From assembly GCA_964444705.1 (NCBI GenBank), contig CAYUHX010000003.1, positions 3,248 through 67,247 on the forward strand: 64,000 bases of DNA, in the 5' to 3' direction. Shown piece by piece: positions 19,473 to 29,964 of this stretch. The notes below the pieces were generated by a model, which was not told where the DNA came from, searched no databases, and saw nothing but the letters and a program-made list of their open reading frames with translations. Origin of the DNA: an uncultured Gammaproteobacteria bacterium (GTDB lineage Bacteria; Patescibacteriota; Patescibacteriia; Magasanikbacterales; GWA2-37-8). Position 1 is the stretch's first letter. Each line of letters starts with the position of its first letter. Both the position numbers and the translations under genes were made by a program.

Positions 19473-22013
19473 ATGACCATTATCGACCGTTTTTCTGCTC
19501 ATCTTAAAGAGATTATCACCCGCAGTATTCGACTCGCCAGCGAACTTTCACACCAAGAGGTTGCCCCCATTCACCTCTTTTTTTCTATCTTTGCCGAGAA
19601 AGGATCAGTCGCAGCTGAAATTCTTACCCGTTTTCACATCAACCTTCAAACTATTGAACAAGCCCTCACCACCCTTCCCACCAACCCTAAAAACCCTCCT
19701 ACCCGCACCAAAACTATCACCGTTCCCCCTTTATCAGCTGCAGCCAAAAACGCACTCGAAAAAGCACTCCTTGTCGCCCAAGAAAATGGCCACAATTATG
19801 TGGGTTCAGAACACCTGCTTTCTGGAATCGTGGAAAACAAAGACACGCTCATCTCGCGTGTACTTGAAATTAATCGTATCAATGCTGCCGACTTAGCCAA
19901 GCAACTTGAAACAGTATTAAACAACGCTACCCAATTTCCTAAAATCAATGATGTAGCTGAATTAGTAGAACGAGTTGAAGACAATCTTGGAGAAATCTCT
20001 CTTGGCGATGGCGAAATGCCCCACACCCATTCACACAACCCATCTTCTAGTGGAGGAAAAAAATCTAAAAAGAAAGAATCAGCTCTTGAATTCTTTGCCA
20101 CCAACTTAACGAGTGAAGAGATGCAAAAAAACATCGATCCCGTAATTGGTCGTGAAGCCGAAATTGAGCGCCTCATTCACATTTTATGCCGACGAACCAA
20201 AAATAATCCCATCTTGCTTGGCGAACCAGGCGTGGGTAAAACAGCCATTGTGGAAGGAGTGGCAAAAAGAATTCTCGCCGGCGAAGTGCCAGACATGCTT
20301 CTCAACAAAAAAATCTATGCCCTCGACATGAGCCTTCTCATTGCAGGAACCATTTATCGCGGTGAATTTGAAGCTCGGTTACGACAAGTGATTGAAGAAA
20401 TTATTACCCATCCTGAAATCATTGTTTTTATCGATGAAATTCATAATATCGTTGGCGCTGGCTCAAACCAAGGCACTATGGATGCGGCCAATATTTTAAA
20501 GCCTGCGCTCTCCCGCGGCCAAATTCATTGTATTGGCGCCACCACATACGCAGAATTTAAAAAATATATTGAAAACGATGCCGCCTTAGAACGACGTTTT
20601 CAACCAATTTATGTAAAAGAATCTTCCGTGGAAGACAGCATCGCCATCTTGCTTGGTATCAAAAAAAATTACGAACTTTTCCATCAAATCACCATTCCAA
20701 CCGAAGCAGTTGAAGCATCGGTAAAATTAGCCGACCGCTATATTGGAAATAAATTTTTACCTGACAAAGCAATCGACCTCCTCGACGAAACTGCGGCGGC
20801 AAAACGCGTCGGCGTACGCTCGACCCCTTGGCAAACGAAGCTCTGGCGCTTAGAGCAACAGCTTGAAAAAACAGTCCATGCCAAAGAAACCGCCGCCGCA
20901 AACGATCAATTTGAAAAAGCAGTCCAACACAAAGCTGAAGAAGAAAAACTCCGCGCACAACTTAAAAAAGTGACGGCCGAGGGGGCAGAAAAAAAGAAAA
21001 AAATCTTGGGCACCATCTCTGCCAAAGATGTGGCTGAACAAGTTGCTAAAATTACCGGTGCCAGCGCAGCCGCTATTTTGTTAAATGAAAAAGAAGAATT
21101 AACCATACTTTCACAAACCCTGAAACAGCACGTTATTGGGCAAGAAATGGTGATCGACGAAGTAGCCCAAACCATTTGCCAGGCAAAACTCGGTCTCTCA
21201 AATCCTGAACGGCCACTCGCCTCATTTTTATTTGTCGGTGAAAGTGGAGTGGGTAAAACCGAACTCGCCAAAACTATTGCTAAAGTACTTTACCCAGGCA
21301 AAGATGCGCTTATCAAACTCGACATGAGCGAATTTAACGAGGGTTTTGCAGTGTCTAAACTGCTCGGCTCGCCAGCCGGCTATGTGGGTTATAAAGAAAG
21401 CAATCAATTTACCGACCGCATCAAATTAAATCCTCACTCAGTTATTCTACTCGACGAAATTGATAAAGCTCACAAAGATGTGACCCGCTTATTGTTGCAA
21501 ATGCTCGAGAATGGAGAAATCACCGATGCTACAGGTAAAAAAATTTCCCTGCGACATGCCATTGTTATTCTCACCAGCTCGCTTGGTGCCGAAGAAGTGA
21601 AAAAAGGTCTACTCGGTTTTGGACAGCATGAACCCGTAGCAGAAATAAAAGAAAAGAAAAAAATATTAGTAGAAAAACTCAAAGAACATTTTTCACCAGA
21701 AATTATCAACCGTCTCGATGCTGTCTGCCTGTTTAACCCGCTCACTCCAGCGCATTTAGTGCGCATTGCTGAATTAGAAATTCAACGTCTAAACGCTCGA
21801 CTTGAACACTACCACACAACCATCACCGCTCCGACTGAAGTAATCACCACACTCATCACTCGCGTACCCGAAAAAGTGGCAGGTGCTCGTGAAATCCGTC
21901 GTCAAATTCGTGGACAAATTGAAGAGCTGCTCGCTAGCCTGATTTTGAAACAGACCAAACTAAAACCAACCTACACTCTATCAATTGAAGGAGAAAAAGT
22001 GTCATTGCACTAA
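19473..22013 (+). CDS. clpC: ATP-dependent Clp protease ATP-binding subunit (ClpC/ClpB-like, two AAA+ modules)
   Basis: Clp_N repeats, Walker A motifs ([13 protein letters not shown] and [12 protein letters not shown]), a middle coiled-coil and a sensor region. Confidence 0.85.
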   Translation: MTIIDRFSAHLKEIITRSIRLASELSHQEVAPIHLFFSIFAEKGSVAAEILTRFHINLQTIEQALTTLPTNPKNPPTRTKTITVPPLSAAAKNALEKALLVAQENGHNYVGSEHLLSGIVENKDTLISRVLEINRINAADLAKQLETVLNNATQFPKINDVAELVERVEDNLGEISLGDGEMPHTHSHNPSSSGGKKSKKKESALEFFATNLTSEEMQKNIDPVIGREAEIERLIHILCRRTKNNPILLGEPGVGKTAIVEGVAKRILAGEVPDMLLNKKIYALDMSLLIAGTIYRGEFEARLRQVIEEIITHPEIIVFIDEIHNIVGAGSNQGTMDAANILKPALSRGQIHCIGATTYAEFKKYIENDAALERRFQPIYVKESSVEDSIAILLGIKKNYELFHQITIPTEAVEASVKLADRYIGNKFLPDKAIDLLDETAAAKRVGVRSTPWQTKLWRLEQQLEKTVHAKETAAANDQFEKAVQHKAEEEKLRAQLKKVTAEGAEKKKKILGTISAKDVAEQVAKITGASAAAILLNEKEELTILSQTLKQHVIGQEMVIDEVAQTICQAKLGLSNPERPLASFLFVGESGVGKTELAKTIAKVLYPGKDALIKLDMSEFNEGFAVSKLLGSPAGYVGYKESNQFTDRIKLNPHSVILLDEIDKAHKDVTRLLLQMLENGEITDATGKKISLRHAIVILTSSLGAEEVKKGLLGFGQHEPVAEIKEKKKILVEKLKEHFSPEIINRLDAVCLFNPLTPAHLVRIAELEIQRLNARLEHYHTTITAPTEVITTLITRVPEKVAGAREIRRQIRGQIEELLASLILKQTKLKPTYTLSIEGEKVSLH

Positions 22014-22848
22014 AAATGGTTTTGTACCCAACTCTCCGCTTATTTTAAGCGCTTTCACTGTGAATACGCCGCCTAAAAAAAAATTAAGTGATAGCCTTGC
22101 TGCCCGCACATTGGCCGGAGCATTGGCTTTGCCCCCGAGCATTCCGGCAGAAACAGCGGCCTATCAATCTGGTTATACCACTCCACACACGCCGCCTGAG
22201 CAATCCTTTTCTCAAAACACTGCCAACAGCTTGGCTGCTTCCAAATTACGTGACACACCCTCTCCCAATAATTCACAAACTCCCGATCAAAAAAATGAAA
22301 ATGATGAAAATCAAGAAAATGTCGAAGATGAAGATTTAAACCCTGCCGCACAAGGCCCGGGCGGTATTCGTGGTGAAATTAATGACTACGCTGCGCCGGT
22401 CATGAGCCTTATCAATCGTCGCAAAATAAAAGATCTAGAAGGGCGCATTGACGATCTGGAACGACAAAATACTCAACTCAAAAAACAAGCCGAGACCATT
22501 CGTTCCGACAAACTCAAACCGCTCCAACGACAACTGCTCGCAGCAAGCTTTGCAGATTTCACTGACATTACTCTGCGGTATCTAAAATTTTCTATCGAAA
22601 TTTGGTGGTGGACCATCATTGGGGCGATAATTGATATTTTTATTATCATTCCTACTCTTTTTATCGTATATGTCATAGCCAAAAAAGAAGGACGAGTAAG
22701 CAAAGGAATTAAACAAGCCATGCAACCATTTGAAAAAGAAATAAAAGATTTAGAGAAAAAAAGCAAAGATAACAACAGACAAATACAACAAACACAAATT
22801 GAAAAGATACGACTCACCCAATTATTTAAAGGCCCTGCGGCCGCCTAA
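21985..22848 (+). CDS. hypothetical membrane protein (Pro/Ser-rich N-terminus, coiled-coil, C-terminal TM); start uncertain
   Basis: The ORF opens with TTG and overlaps the clpC 3' end. It has a TM segment (IEIWWWTIIGAIIDIFIIIPTLFIVYVIA) and a coiled-coil. An alternative GTG start lies near 22060. Confidence 0.35.
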   Translation: MKEKKCHCTKNGFVPNSPLILSAFTVNTPPKKKLSDSLAARTLAGALALPPSIPAETAAYQSGYTTPHTPPEQSFSQNTANSLAASKLRDTPSPNNSQTPDQKNENDENQENVEDEDLNPAAQGPGGIRGEINDYAAPVMSLINRRKIKDLEGRIDDLERQNTQLKKQAETIRSDKLKPLQRQLLAASFADFTDITLRYLKFSIEIWWWTIIGAIIDIFIIIPTLFIVYVIAKKEGRVSKGIKQAMQPFEKEIKDLEKKSKDNNRQIQQTQIEKIRLTQLFKGPAAA

Positions 22849-22876
22849 TATAGTGCTATTTATTTTTTAAACTTCT

Positions 22877-24118
22877 ATGTCGCCTACACTAAAAAAAGTG
22901 TTACTCGTGATTCTTCTTCTGCTCGTTGCTGGTGGAATTGCTTTTGCTATTTGGTGGGTTTTTTTCCCGCCCGCACCAGGCTCGGTGTATAATCCAAGCA
23001 CAGGCACTACCACCACCGGCCAACTCCCCGGCTCAAACACGAGGCCAACTGGCGGCAATGGCGGCACAGGAGGCGAAGCGCAACCAGGCAGCGGCTCTCT
23101 CCCTACCGCAGGAGCCATCCCAAGTCCCTCACCAAGCTTTTTTCGCCAAGTGCCGGTTACTAAAGTGGTCACTGAATTTGCCGACCATCCATCGCTCAAC
23201 AATAGCAGCGGCAATCTGCGCTATCAAAACCCTTCAGACGGAAAATTCTATCGCACATTGCCCGATGGCTCCGTGAAAGAATTATCTGACCAAGCTTTCT
23301 ATAACGTGCAAAATGTCACTTGGGCAAAAACAAAAGATAAAGCAGTGCTTGAATATCCCGATGGCTCCAAAATTGTCTATGATTTTGACAACAAAAAGCA
23401 AGTAACTCTCCCCCGCCATTGGGAAGAATTTTCTTTTTCTCCCGAAGGAGACGAAATTGCCGCCAAAAGCATCGGACTCTCACCAGAAAATCGCTGGCTT
23501 GTTACCACCAAAGATGATGGCACTGGCATCAAACTCATCGAACCTATGGGTGAATTTGCCGACAAAGTAACTGTCGATTGGTCGCCCAGCCGCCAAACAG
23601 TGGCACTATCACAAACCGGAGAAGCTGCCGGCGCTGACAGGCGTGAAGTACTCTTTGTTGGTTTACATGGAGAAAATTTTAAATCAACTGTTGTTGAAGG
23701 ATTGGATTTTATGTCACAATGGTCGCCTACTGGAAAAAAACTACTCTACAGCGTTGACAGTGCGCGCAGTGATTTTAAACCTGAACTCTGGGTGGCCAAT
23801 GCCTATGGAGATGAAATCGGCACCGGCCGTCAAGCACTCAAAATCAACACCTGGGCCGACAAATGTTCCTTCGGCGATGATACCACGCTTTTTTGCGCAG
23901 TACCCCGCGATTTACCCGTCGGTGCCGGCATGTCGCCCACAGTAGCCGACAACAGCATTGATGATTTATACAAAATAGACCTTAAAACTGGAGCCAAAAT
24001 ACCACTCTCGCTTGGTCAAACCAACTATCACATAAACACCCTTTTCTACGACAAAGCGCACAACAAGGTTTTCTTCACTGATAAAAATCAAAAAGGTGTT
24101 TTTGAAGTACGCCCTTAA
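22877..24118 (+). CDS. TolB-like beta-propeller (PD40/WD40-like repeats) envelope protein
   Basis: N-terminal TM/signal and a Gly/Thr-rich linker, then repeated FSPEGDEIA/WSPSRQ/WSPTGKK PD40-type motifs. Confidence 0.5.
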   Translation: MSPTLKKVLLVILLLLVAGGIAFAIWWVFFPPAPGSVYNPSTGTTTTGQLPGSNTRPTGGNGGTGGEAQPGSGSLPTAGAIPSPSPSFFRQVPVTKVVTEFADHPSLNNSSGNLRYQNPSDGKFYRTLPDGSVKELSDQAFYNVQNVTWAKTKDKAVLEYPDGSKIVYDFDNKKQVTLPRHWEEFSFSPEGDEIAAKSIGLSPENRWLVTTKDDGTGIKLIEPMGEFADKVTVDWSPSRQTVALSQTGEAAGADRREVLFVGLHGENFKSTVVEGLDFMSQWSPTGKKLLYSVDSARSDFKPELWVANAYGDEIGTGRQALKINTWADKCSFGDDTTLFCAVPRDLPVGAGMSPTVADNSIDDLYKIDLKTGAKIPLSLGQTNYHINTLFYDKAHNKVFFTDKNQKGVFEVRP

Positions 24119-24129
24119 TTATTTACCCT

Positions 24130-24786
24130 ATGGTTACGCGCTCACAAAAACTTTATTTTTTTCTCTTAATAGCTATTGTCCTCTTAGGTCTTTTGCTCTT
24201 CAAAGAAATTAAAGAAGGTATTGATATCGTCGTTCGTCCGACGCAAGCACCACTTCTTAGCCCAGATTTAACCCCATTTTATACGAGCCCCGAGGACCCT
24301 GTCTTTGGCAATCCTGGAACCGACCTTAGCATCGTTGAATTTAATGACCTTGCCTGCAAAGAGTGTCAAAAAACACACGCTTTACTGTTGGCTTTTGTTG
24401 AAGCTCATCCTAAAGACGCGCATCTCACGTGGAAGTCTTTACCCCAAACACACCTCTTTTTAAAAGAAGATCGTCTGGCACTTGAAGCAGCTTCCTGTGT
24501 ACCAAAAACAATGTTCTGGAAATTTATTGATCGCGCCATGCAAAATCGCGCCGCTCGCGAAGAATCAGGATTAAAAAAAATAGCTCGCGATCTAAAAATT
24601 GACGAAACTGCCTGGTGGAAATGCACCACTGACGACAAAACAACACAGCGTTTAACCGCACAGATTACCATTGCCCAATCACTTCAGATCACTACCCCTC
24701 CTACTATTTTTATTAATAATAAAAAGGTGACTCTTTCCAAAGACACAAACCTTACCGACCTCTTAACGTCACTTATCCAAAAATAA
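24130..24786 (+). CDS. DsbA-like thioredoxin-fold thiol:disulfide oxidoreductase
   Basis: N-terminal TM and a CxxC motif (CKECQK) in a thioredoxin-like context. Confidence 0.55.
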   Translation: MVTRSQKLYFFLLIAIVLLGLLLFKEIKEGIDIVVRPTQAPLLSPDLTPFYTSPEDPVFGNPGTDLSIVEFNDLACKECQKTHALLLAFVEAHPKDAHLTWKSLPQTHLFLKEDRLALEAASCVPKTMFWKFIDRAMQNRAAREESGLKKIARDLKIDETAWWKCTTDDKTTQRLTAQITIAQSLQITTPPTIFINNKKVTLSKDTNLTDLLTSLIQK

Positions 24787-24788
24787 CT

Positions 24789-26375
24789 ATGCGTGCCCAC
24801 AGACACCACTTTGCCACCTTGTGTACTCTTTTTTTCTCGGCTGTGCTTTCGTTAGCGCTGCCTCTCAGTGCGCGTGCGGGCGCGTGCCAGTGCACCGGTG
24901 AAACAAGTGTATTCATTGAACGCGTGGGCACGCAAAAATTTCCCATCAACAGTCTAGTTAAATTTTTTGATCCAGGTGCATACATCGTTGATACGCAACG
25001 CACCGAAAAAAGAAAAGGCGACATCGTTCCGCAAAACCAAAATGATTGCAACACATTTATGTCTAAAGATTGGGGTGGTGTGTTTAAGGGCACGTGCACC
25101 TATGTAGAAGGTGCCGGTAACATTGCCTGTATGCAGACAAACAGTTGTCATCGCACGAGCGAAAACTGCACAACCAACGAAGATTGCAGCAAATTCGGCG
25201 GCAACATCGGTAACTCACAGTGTTTTGAAAATTATTGTTATCTTGATGATATCGCTTTTGAAAAATATCAACAAACACCTTCCCTTCTTGGTATTAAAGC
25301 AGCAATTGATATCAAAGCCCCAATTCTAAGCATTAAAATTCCTACCCTAGGCTCATTTGAATCAGTGTCTGGTACGCTTGATTCAGAAGGCAACATTTCC
25401 ATTCCCTATCTTGGACAATACATGGCCGCGTTCTACAAACTCGCCGTGGGTGTAGCCAGCATCGGCGCAGTCATCATGATTATCATTGAGGGAATAAAAA
25501 TAACCACTTCTTTCGGCAACGGAGAACAAATTAAACACTCTTATAAACATATCGGCCAAGCAGTCGCAGGTCTTGCTCTCGTGTGGGGATCATACGCCTT
25601 TCTCTATAACATCAATCCTGATTTCGTAAATTTTAAAGTGCTTAAAGTAAAATACGTGGAACGAGAGGATTTAAAAGTTGACGCGCATACCTGCGATGAT
25701 CCAAAAGATTGTCCAGAGCCATCGTCTGAAGAAAAAAAAGCTAACGATGCAGCCAAAATTGCCAAAGGGAGATGTACTTCAGACAAAGTACTTGCAAAAA
25801 AAGGTCGCACCGCTGCCGTCGATAATGACAGTTTGTTTGGTCTCGTAGACTTTCGGAGTTACGGCAAACGCAGTCTCAAAGACATCGACACGATTGTGAT
25901 CCACAACGGTGGTTACAGCGCCAAAATGAATAGCGATACGTGGCAAAATCGACCAGCGGGTGCGCATTACACCATTCAACGCGACGGCACTATCTTTCAA
26001 CACGCGGGTGAAGAATGCGTCATGCCTCACGCACCCGGCGGTAACAAAACTGGTATTGGTATTGAACTTAACATCGACAAAGCAAATGGCACTTCATGCA
26101 ATAGTTTAAGAAGTAATTCGAGCCCTGATGACGTACGCAAAGCCTGTTCCCCGACTGACGCGCAATATGATTCACTTCGCCGACTTATTGCCGACATTGT
26201 GGCGCGCACCAAAGCCACCATTGATGAAAAACACATTGTTGGCCATTGCGAACTCGGCAGCGCAAGTGGGCATGGCGATCCACGCGCTTTCGATTGGACA
26301 AAAATTGGTTTAAGTAATGATAAAAAGAAAACGATGGCCGCTGGTCATGCTTGTTCGTGGTACCTGCCTTTTTAA
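24789..26375 (+). CDS. N-acetylmuramoyl-L-alanine amidase (Amidase_2/PGRP domain) with N-terminal 12-Cys extracytoplasmic domain
   Basis: Signal peptide, a Cys-rich region, two hydrophobic helices, then an amidase_2 core (IVIHNGG...AHYTIQRDGTIFQ...HIVGHCELG). Confidence 0.65.
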   Translation: MRAHRHHFATLCTLFFSAVLSLALPLSARAGACQCTGETSVFIERVGTQKFPINSLVKFFDPGAYIVDTQRTEKRKGDIVPQNQNDCNTFMSKDWGGVFKGTCTYVEGAGNIACMQTNSCHRTSENCTTNEDCSKFGGNIGNSQCFENYCYLDDIAFEKYQQTPSLLGIKAAIDIKAPILSIKIPTLGSFESVSGTLDSEGNISIPYLGQYMAAFYKLAVGVASIGAVIMIIIEGIKITTSFGNGEQIKHSYKHIGQAVAGLALVWGSYAFLYNINPDFVNFKVLKVKYVEREDLKVDAHTCDDPKDCPEPSSEEKKANDAAKIAKGRCTSDKVLAKKGRTAAVDNDSLFGLVDFRSYGKRSLKDIDTIVIHNGGYSAKMNSDTWQNRPAGAHYTIQRDGTIFQHAGEECVMPHAPGGNKTGIGIELNIDKANGTSCNSLRSNSSPDDVRKACSPTDAQYDSLRRLIADIVARTKATIDEKHIVGHCELGSASGHGDPRAFDWTKIGLSNDKKKTMAAGHACSWYLPF

Positions 26376-26380
26376 AAAGT

Positions 26381-27736
26381 ATGCTCCAAGAATTATTTGA
26401 ATGCCAAAATTGTGGCGCCCAAAATACTAAATGGGCTGGCCGCTGTACTGAATGTCAAAAATGGGGCACGCTGATCAAAAAACAACGCACCATTGACCCA
26501 CACGCACCCAAAAAAACAGAGGCTGCCTACAGCCCAGCCAAAACAACGCAATTAAAAGACATTAAAGATCAAGGCCTCACTCGGATCATAACCCCGATTG
26601 CAGAATTTAATCGCGTGCTCGGCGGTGGCATCGTGCCGGGGAGTTTTATTCTCCTTGGCGGCGAACCGGGTATTGGTAAATCAACCCTCGCCCTGCAGCT
26701 CGCGGCCACTATTTCCAAAACACTCTACATATCTGGCGAAGAATCAGTGGCGCAAATCAAACTTCGTGCTGACCGCCTAGGGCTCAATGCGCCCACCCTA
26801 TCGCTCGCCAACGAATCAAATGTCGAAATTATCGGCGCCACTCTTCAAGCAGAAAAACCAACCCTTCTTATCATTGATTCAATTCAAACTATTGCCTCCG
26901 CTGAAATTGAAGGCGAAGCCGGAAGCGTCACACAAGTGCGTGCCGCCACCATCAAACTCCTTGAAATTGCTAAGAGCACTAATACTCCGGTTATTCTCAT
27001 TGGACATGTCACCAAAGAAGGCACGGTGGCCGGACCAAAGACACTCGAACATTTGGTTGACACTGTTCTCTATCTTGAAGGTGATCGCCATCATTTTTTT
27101 AGAATCTTACGAACAGTCAAAAATCGCTTTGGTGCCACCGATGAAGTGGGTATTTTTGAAATGAAAGAAAAAGGCTTAGAAGAAGTGCAAAATCCTTCAG
27201 CCAGCTTTGTGGCTGAACGTGCTTCAAATTTACCCGGCACCGTGCTCACATGTCTCCTTGAAGGCACTCGCCCTATCTTAGTGGAAATTCAAGCACTCGT
27301 CAGCAAAACTGCTTTTGGTTATCCCACCCGCAAAGCCAGTGGTTTTGATATCAATCGCTTACACGTACTCATCGCCGTATTACAAAAAAGAGCCGGTCTC
27401 GCTCTTGAACAATATGACATCCATCTCAATATTGTAGGCGGTCTTGATGCCAATGAACCCGCAGCTGATTTGGCCGTATGCCTCGCCATTGCCAGCGCCT
27501 ACAAAGACAAACCACTTGGCACTGATCTTGCGGCGTTTGGCGAAGTCGGCCTCGGCGGCGAAGTCCGTTCTATTTCTCAACTTGAGAAACGAGTAAAAGA
27601 GTGCGAGCAACTCGGCCTCAAACGAGCAATCACTCATTTTAAACAAACGAAAGATTCACCAAAAATACTTTCTGAAAGTAAAAAAATTAAATGCCTCAAC
27701 GTTAATAACCTGCAAGACCTCATCACCCACACCTGA
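26381..27736 (+). CDS. radA: DNA repair protein RadA
   Basis: N-terminal zinc finger (CQNCGAQNTKWAGRCTECQKWG), Walker A (GGEPGIGKSTL), KNRFG motif and a Lon-like C-terminal domain. Confidence 0.9.
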   Translation: MLQELFECQNCGAQNTKWAGRCTECQKWGTLIKKQRTIDPHAPKKTEAAYSPAKTTQLKDIKDQGLTRIITPIAEFNRVLGGGIVPGSFILLGGEPGIGKSTLALQLAATISKTLYISGEESVAQIKLRADRLGLNAPTLSLANESNVEIIGATLQAEKPTLLIIDSIQTIASAEIEGEAGSVTQVRAATIKLLEIAKSTNTPVILIGHVTKEGTVAGPKTLEHLVDTVLYLEGDRHHFFRILRTVKNRFGATDEVGIFEMKEKGLEEVQNPSASFVAERASNLPGTVLTCLLEGTRPILVEIQALVSKTAFGYPTRKASGFDINRLHVLIAVLQKRAGLALEQYDIHLNIVGGLDANEPAADLAVCLAIASAYKDKPLGTDLAAFGEVGLGGEVRSISQLEKRVKECEQLGLKRAITHFKQTKDSPKILSESKKIKCLNVNNLQDLITHT

Positions 27737-27739
27737 AGC

Positions 27740-29845
27740 CTATTCAAGGTGTACTTCCTTTCCCCATTCTCGCACACGTTCAAGCATGAGCGGATACTCT
27801 GCCAAGCGCGGTGCAAGCACAAGCGCTGCTTCACGCGCTTTTTTAATAAGCGTATGATCGGTGAGCTTCGCGAGGCGTAGCTGCATAAGTCCGCTTTGCT
27901 CAGTGCCATACACCTCTCCCGGACCACGCTGCTCTAAATCTTTTTCAGCTAATTTAAAACCATCATTGTGTGCTTCAAAAAACTGCAATCTTTCCCGCGC
28001 GCGCGCAGAAAAACTATTCGTAAATAACAAACAATATGATTGATATTCCGATCGTCCCACTCGCCCACGAAATTGATGGAGCTGTGCCAAACCAAACCGA
28101 TCGGCGTCTTCAATCATCATTACGCTCGCGTTAGGAACATTCACTCCCACCTCGATCATCGACGTAGAAATAAGAATGTCGAGCGCTCCCGAATTAAAAG
28201 CACCCATAATCTCCTCTTTTTCTTTTGCCTTCATTTTTCCATGCACATATCCTACTCTCAAATCGGGAAATACTGTCTTAGATAAACGTTCGTATTCTGA
28301 TAACACTGATTTTTTATCACTCACCTCACTTGCGCGCACCATCATCTCACCCTCATCTTTATTCACATCCTTCTCTAACGCTTTTTCAATGAGCGAACAA
28401 ATAACAAATACTTGCCGACCCTTTTTTACCTCTTCCCGAATAAATTGATACGCACTTTCTCGGCCGGCTGGCGCCACTAATTTTGTACTAATTTTTTTTC
28501 TACCCGGCGGCAATTCGTTGATAATAGATACATCAAGATCTCCATAAAGTGCCAAGGCAAGCGAACGCGGAATCGGTGTGGCGGTCATGCTCAAAAAGTG
28601 CGCATTCTCTCCTTTCTCTTTAATCGTATGACGCTGACTCACACCAAAACGATGCTGTTCGTCCACAATCACAAGTGCTAATTTTTTAAAAGCCACATTT
28701 TCTCCCAGCAGCGCTTGTGTGCCAATAATGATGTCTAACTCTCCCGCTTCAATGAGATCTAAAAATTTTTTCTTAGAAATTGATTCATCATTTTGCGTTA
28801 TCATTTTTTGCCCACGTGTAAACAAACCAATACGAACACCATATGATCCAAGCAGTTCTTTGAGCGAGGCAAAATGTTGGGCAGCTAAAATTTCTGTTGG
28901 CACCATGAGTGCTGATTGGAAACCGTTCAAAAAAGTATTATATAATTCAAGCGCCGCCACCACCGTCTTACCCGAGCCAACATCTCCAGAGAGCAATCGA
29001 TTCATAGGTGTTGATTTTTGTAGGTCTTGCACAATTTCCCACGCAGCAATTTTTTGCGTGCGCGTTAGTGCAAACGGCAAATGCGCCACAAAATTTTTTA
29101 CCTCATTTTCTTTAAAAGCGATACTCGGCGCATGTGTGACATTTTTTTTAAGGCGGCTAAGTTCGGCCTGAATTTGAATGAGTAAAAGTTCATCAAATTT
29201 AAGCCGTTCACTACTCGCTGCCAAATCTTCCGGACTATCAGGAAAATGAATCTGCTGCAGCGCGCGCGGTAAAAGCTCAAGCTTATTTTTTTCTTGAATA
29301 TCTTCCGGCAACCAATCAGAAATACTCTCCGCTAGGGGAATACATTGCTTCAGCAAAAAACGAATTTGTTTTTGCGTTATTCCGGCCGTGAGCGGATACA
29401 TGGGAACGAGTCGTCCTGTGTGGGTGGGTGCGCTGTCTGCTTGTTCTTTTTCATACACCGGGCTCGTAAGATGCGGACCCAGCATATCGCGCGCCACTTT
29501 GCCTGATAAAAATAATGTATCGCCCGGGTGCAGTGTTTTGATTAAAAATGGCTGATTAAACCATACCACACGGGCACTGCCCGAAGCATCGCTCACAAGC
29601 GCCTCGGTGATGAGTAGTCGCTTCCGAAAACTGCGTTTGTTCGCAATCAGTTCAAGCTTGCCCCGCACCGTCACCATTTCACCTTCCACCAAACTATCCA
29701 TGGGCATTATCCGGCGCAAATCTTCATAGCGAAAAGGAAAGTAGTACAATAAATCACGCACGGTTTTTACACCCAATCGCGTCAAAACAGTCGCCAATTT
29801 TGGACCAATTGATTTAAGTTGTTTAATTGATGTCGTGCTATTCAT
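27740..29845 (-). CDS. recG: ATP-dependent DNA helicase RecG
   Basis: Wedge domain plus helicase motifs (SGDVGSGKTVVA; DEQHRFGV; TATPIPRS); start taken at the internal ATG (MNSTTSIKQL). Confidence 0.9.
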   Translation of the reverse strand: MNSTTSIKQLKSIGPKLATVLTRLGVKTVRDLLYYFPFRYEDLRRIMPMDSLVEGEMVTVRGKLELIANKRSFRKRLLITEALVSDASGSARVVWFNQPFLIKTLHPGDTLFLSGKVARDMLGPHLTSPVYEKEQADSAPTHTGRLVPMYPLTAGITQKQIRFLLKQCIPLAESISDWLPEDIQEKNKLELLPRALQQIHFPDSPEDLAASSERLKFDELLLIQIQAELSRLKKNVTHAPSIAFKENEVKNFVAHLPFALTRTQKIAAWEIVQDLQKSTPMNRLLSGDVGSGKTVVAALELYNTFLNGFQSALMVPTEILAAQHFASLKELLGSYGVRIGLFTRGQKMITQNDESISKKKFLDLIEAGELDIIIGTQALLGENVAFKKLALVIVDEQHRFGVSQRHTIKEKGENAHFLSMTATPIPRSLALALYGDLDVSIINELPPGRKKISTKLVAPAGRESAYQFIREEVKKGRQVFVICSLIEKALEKDVNKDEGEMMVRASEVSDKKSVLSEYERLSKTVFPDLRVGYVHGKMKAKEKEEIMGAFNSGALDILISTSMIEVGVNVPNASVMMIEDADRFGLAQLHQFRGRVGRSEYQSYCLLFTNSFSARARERLQFFEAHNDGFKLAEKDLEQRGPGEVYGTEQSGLMQLRLAKLTDHTLIKKAREAALVLAPRLAEYPLMLERVREWGKEVHLE

Positions 29846-29964
29846 AACCATTCTTGAGTATACCATCAAACACAAAGACAAAAAACCCAGCCTAAACCAA
29901 AAATTCGGGACAAAAAATGCCGCCGAAGCAACAAACTTCAAGCGGCACTTTTATTTCTTAATCT

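Noticed and set aside
21985-22013. clpC overlapping the next ORF by 29 nt as evidence of a frameshift or fusion
   Set aside because: clpC ends with a clean stop after a complete C-terminal domain. The overlap is more likely due to a mis-called TTG start of the downstream ORF, since an alternative GTG start lies at ~22060.
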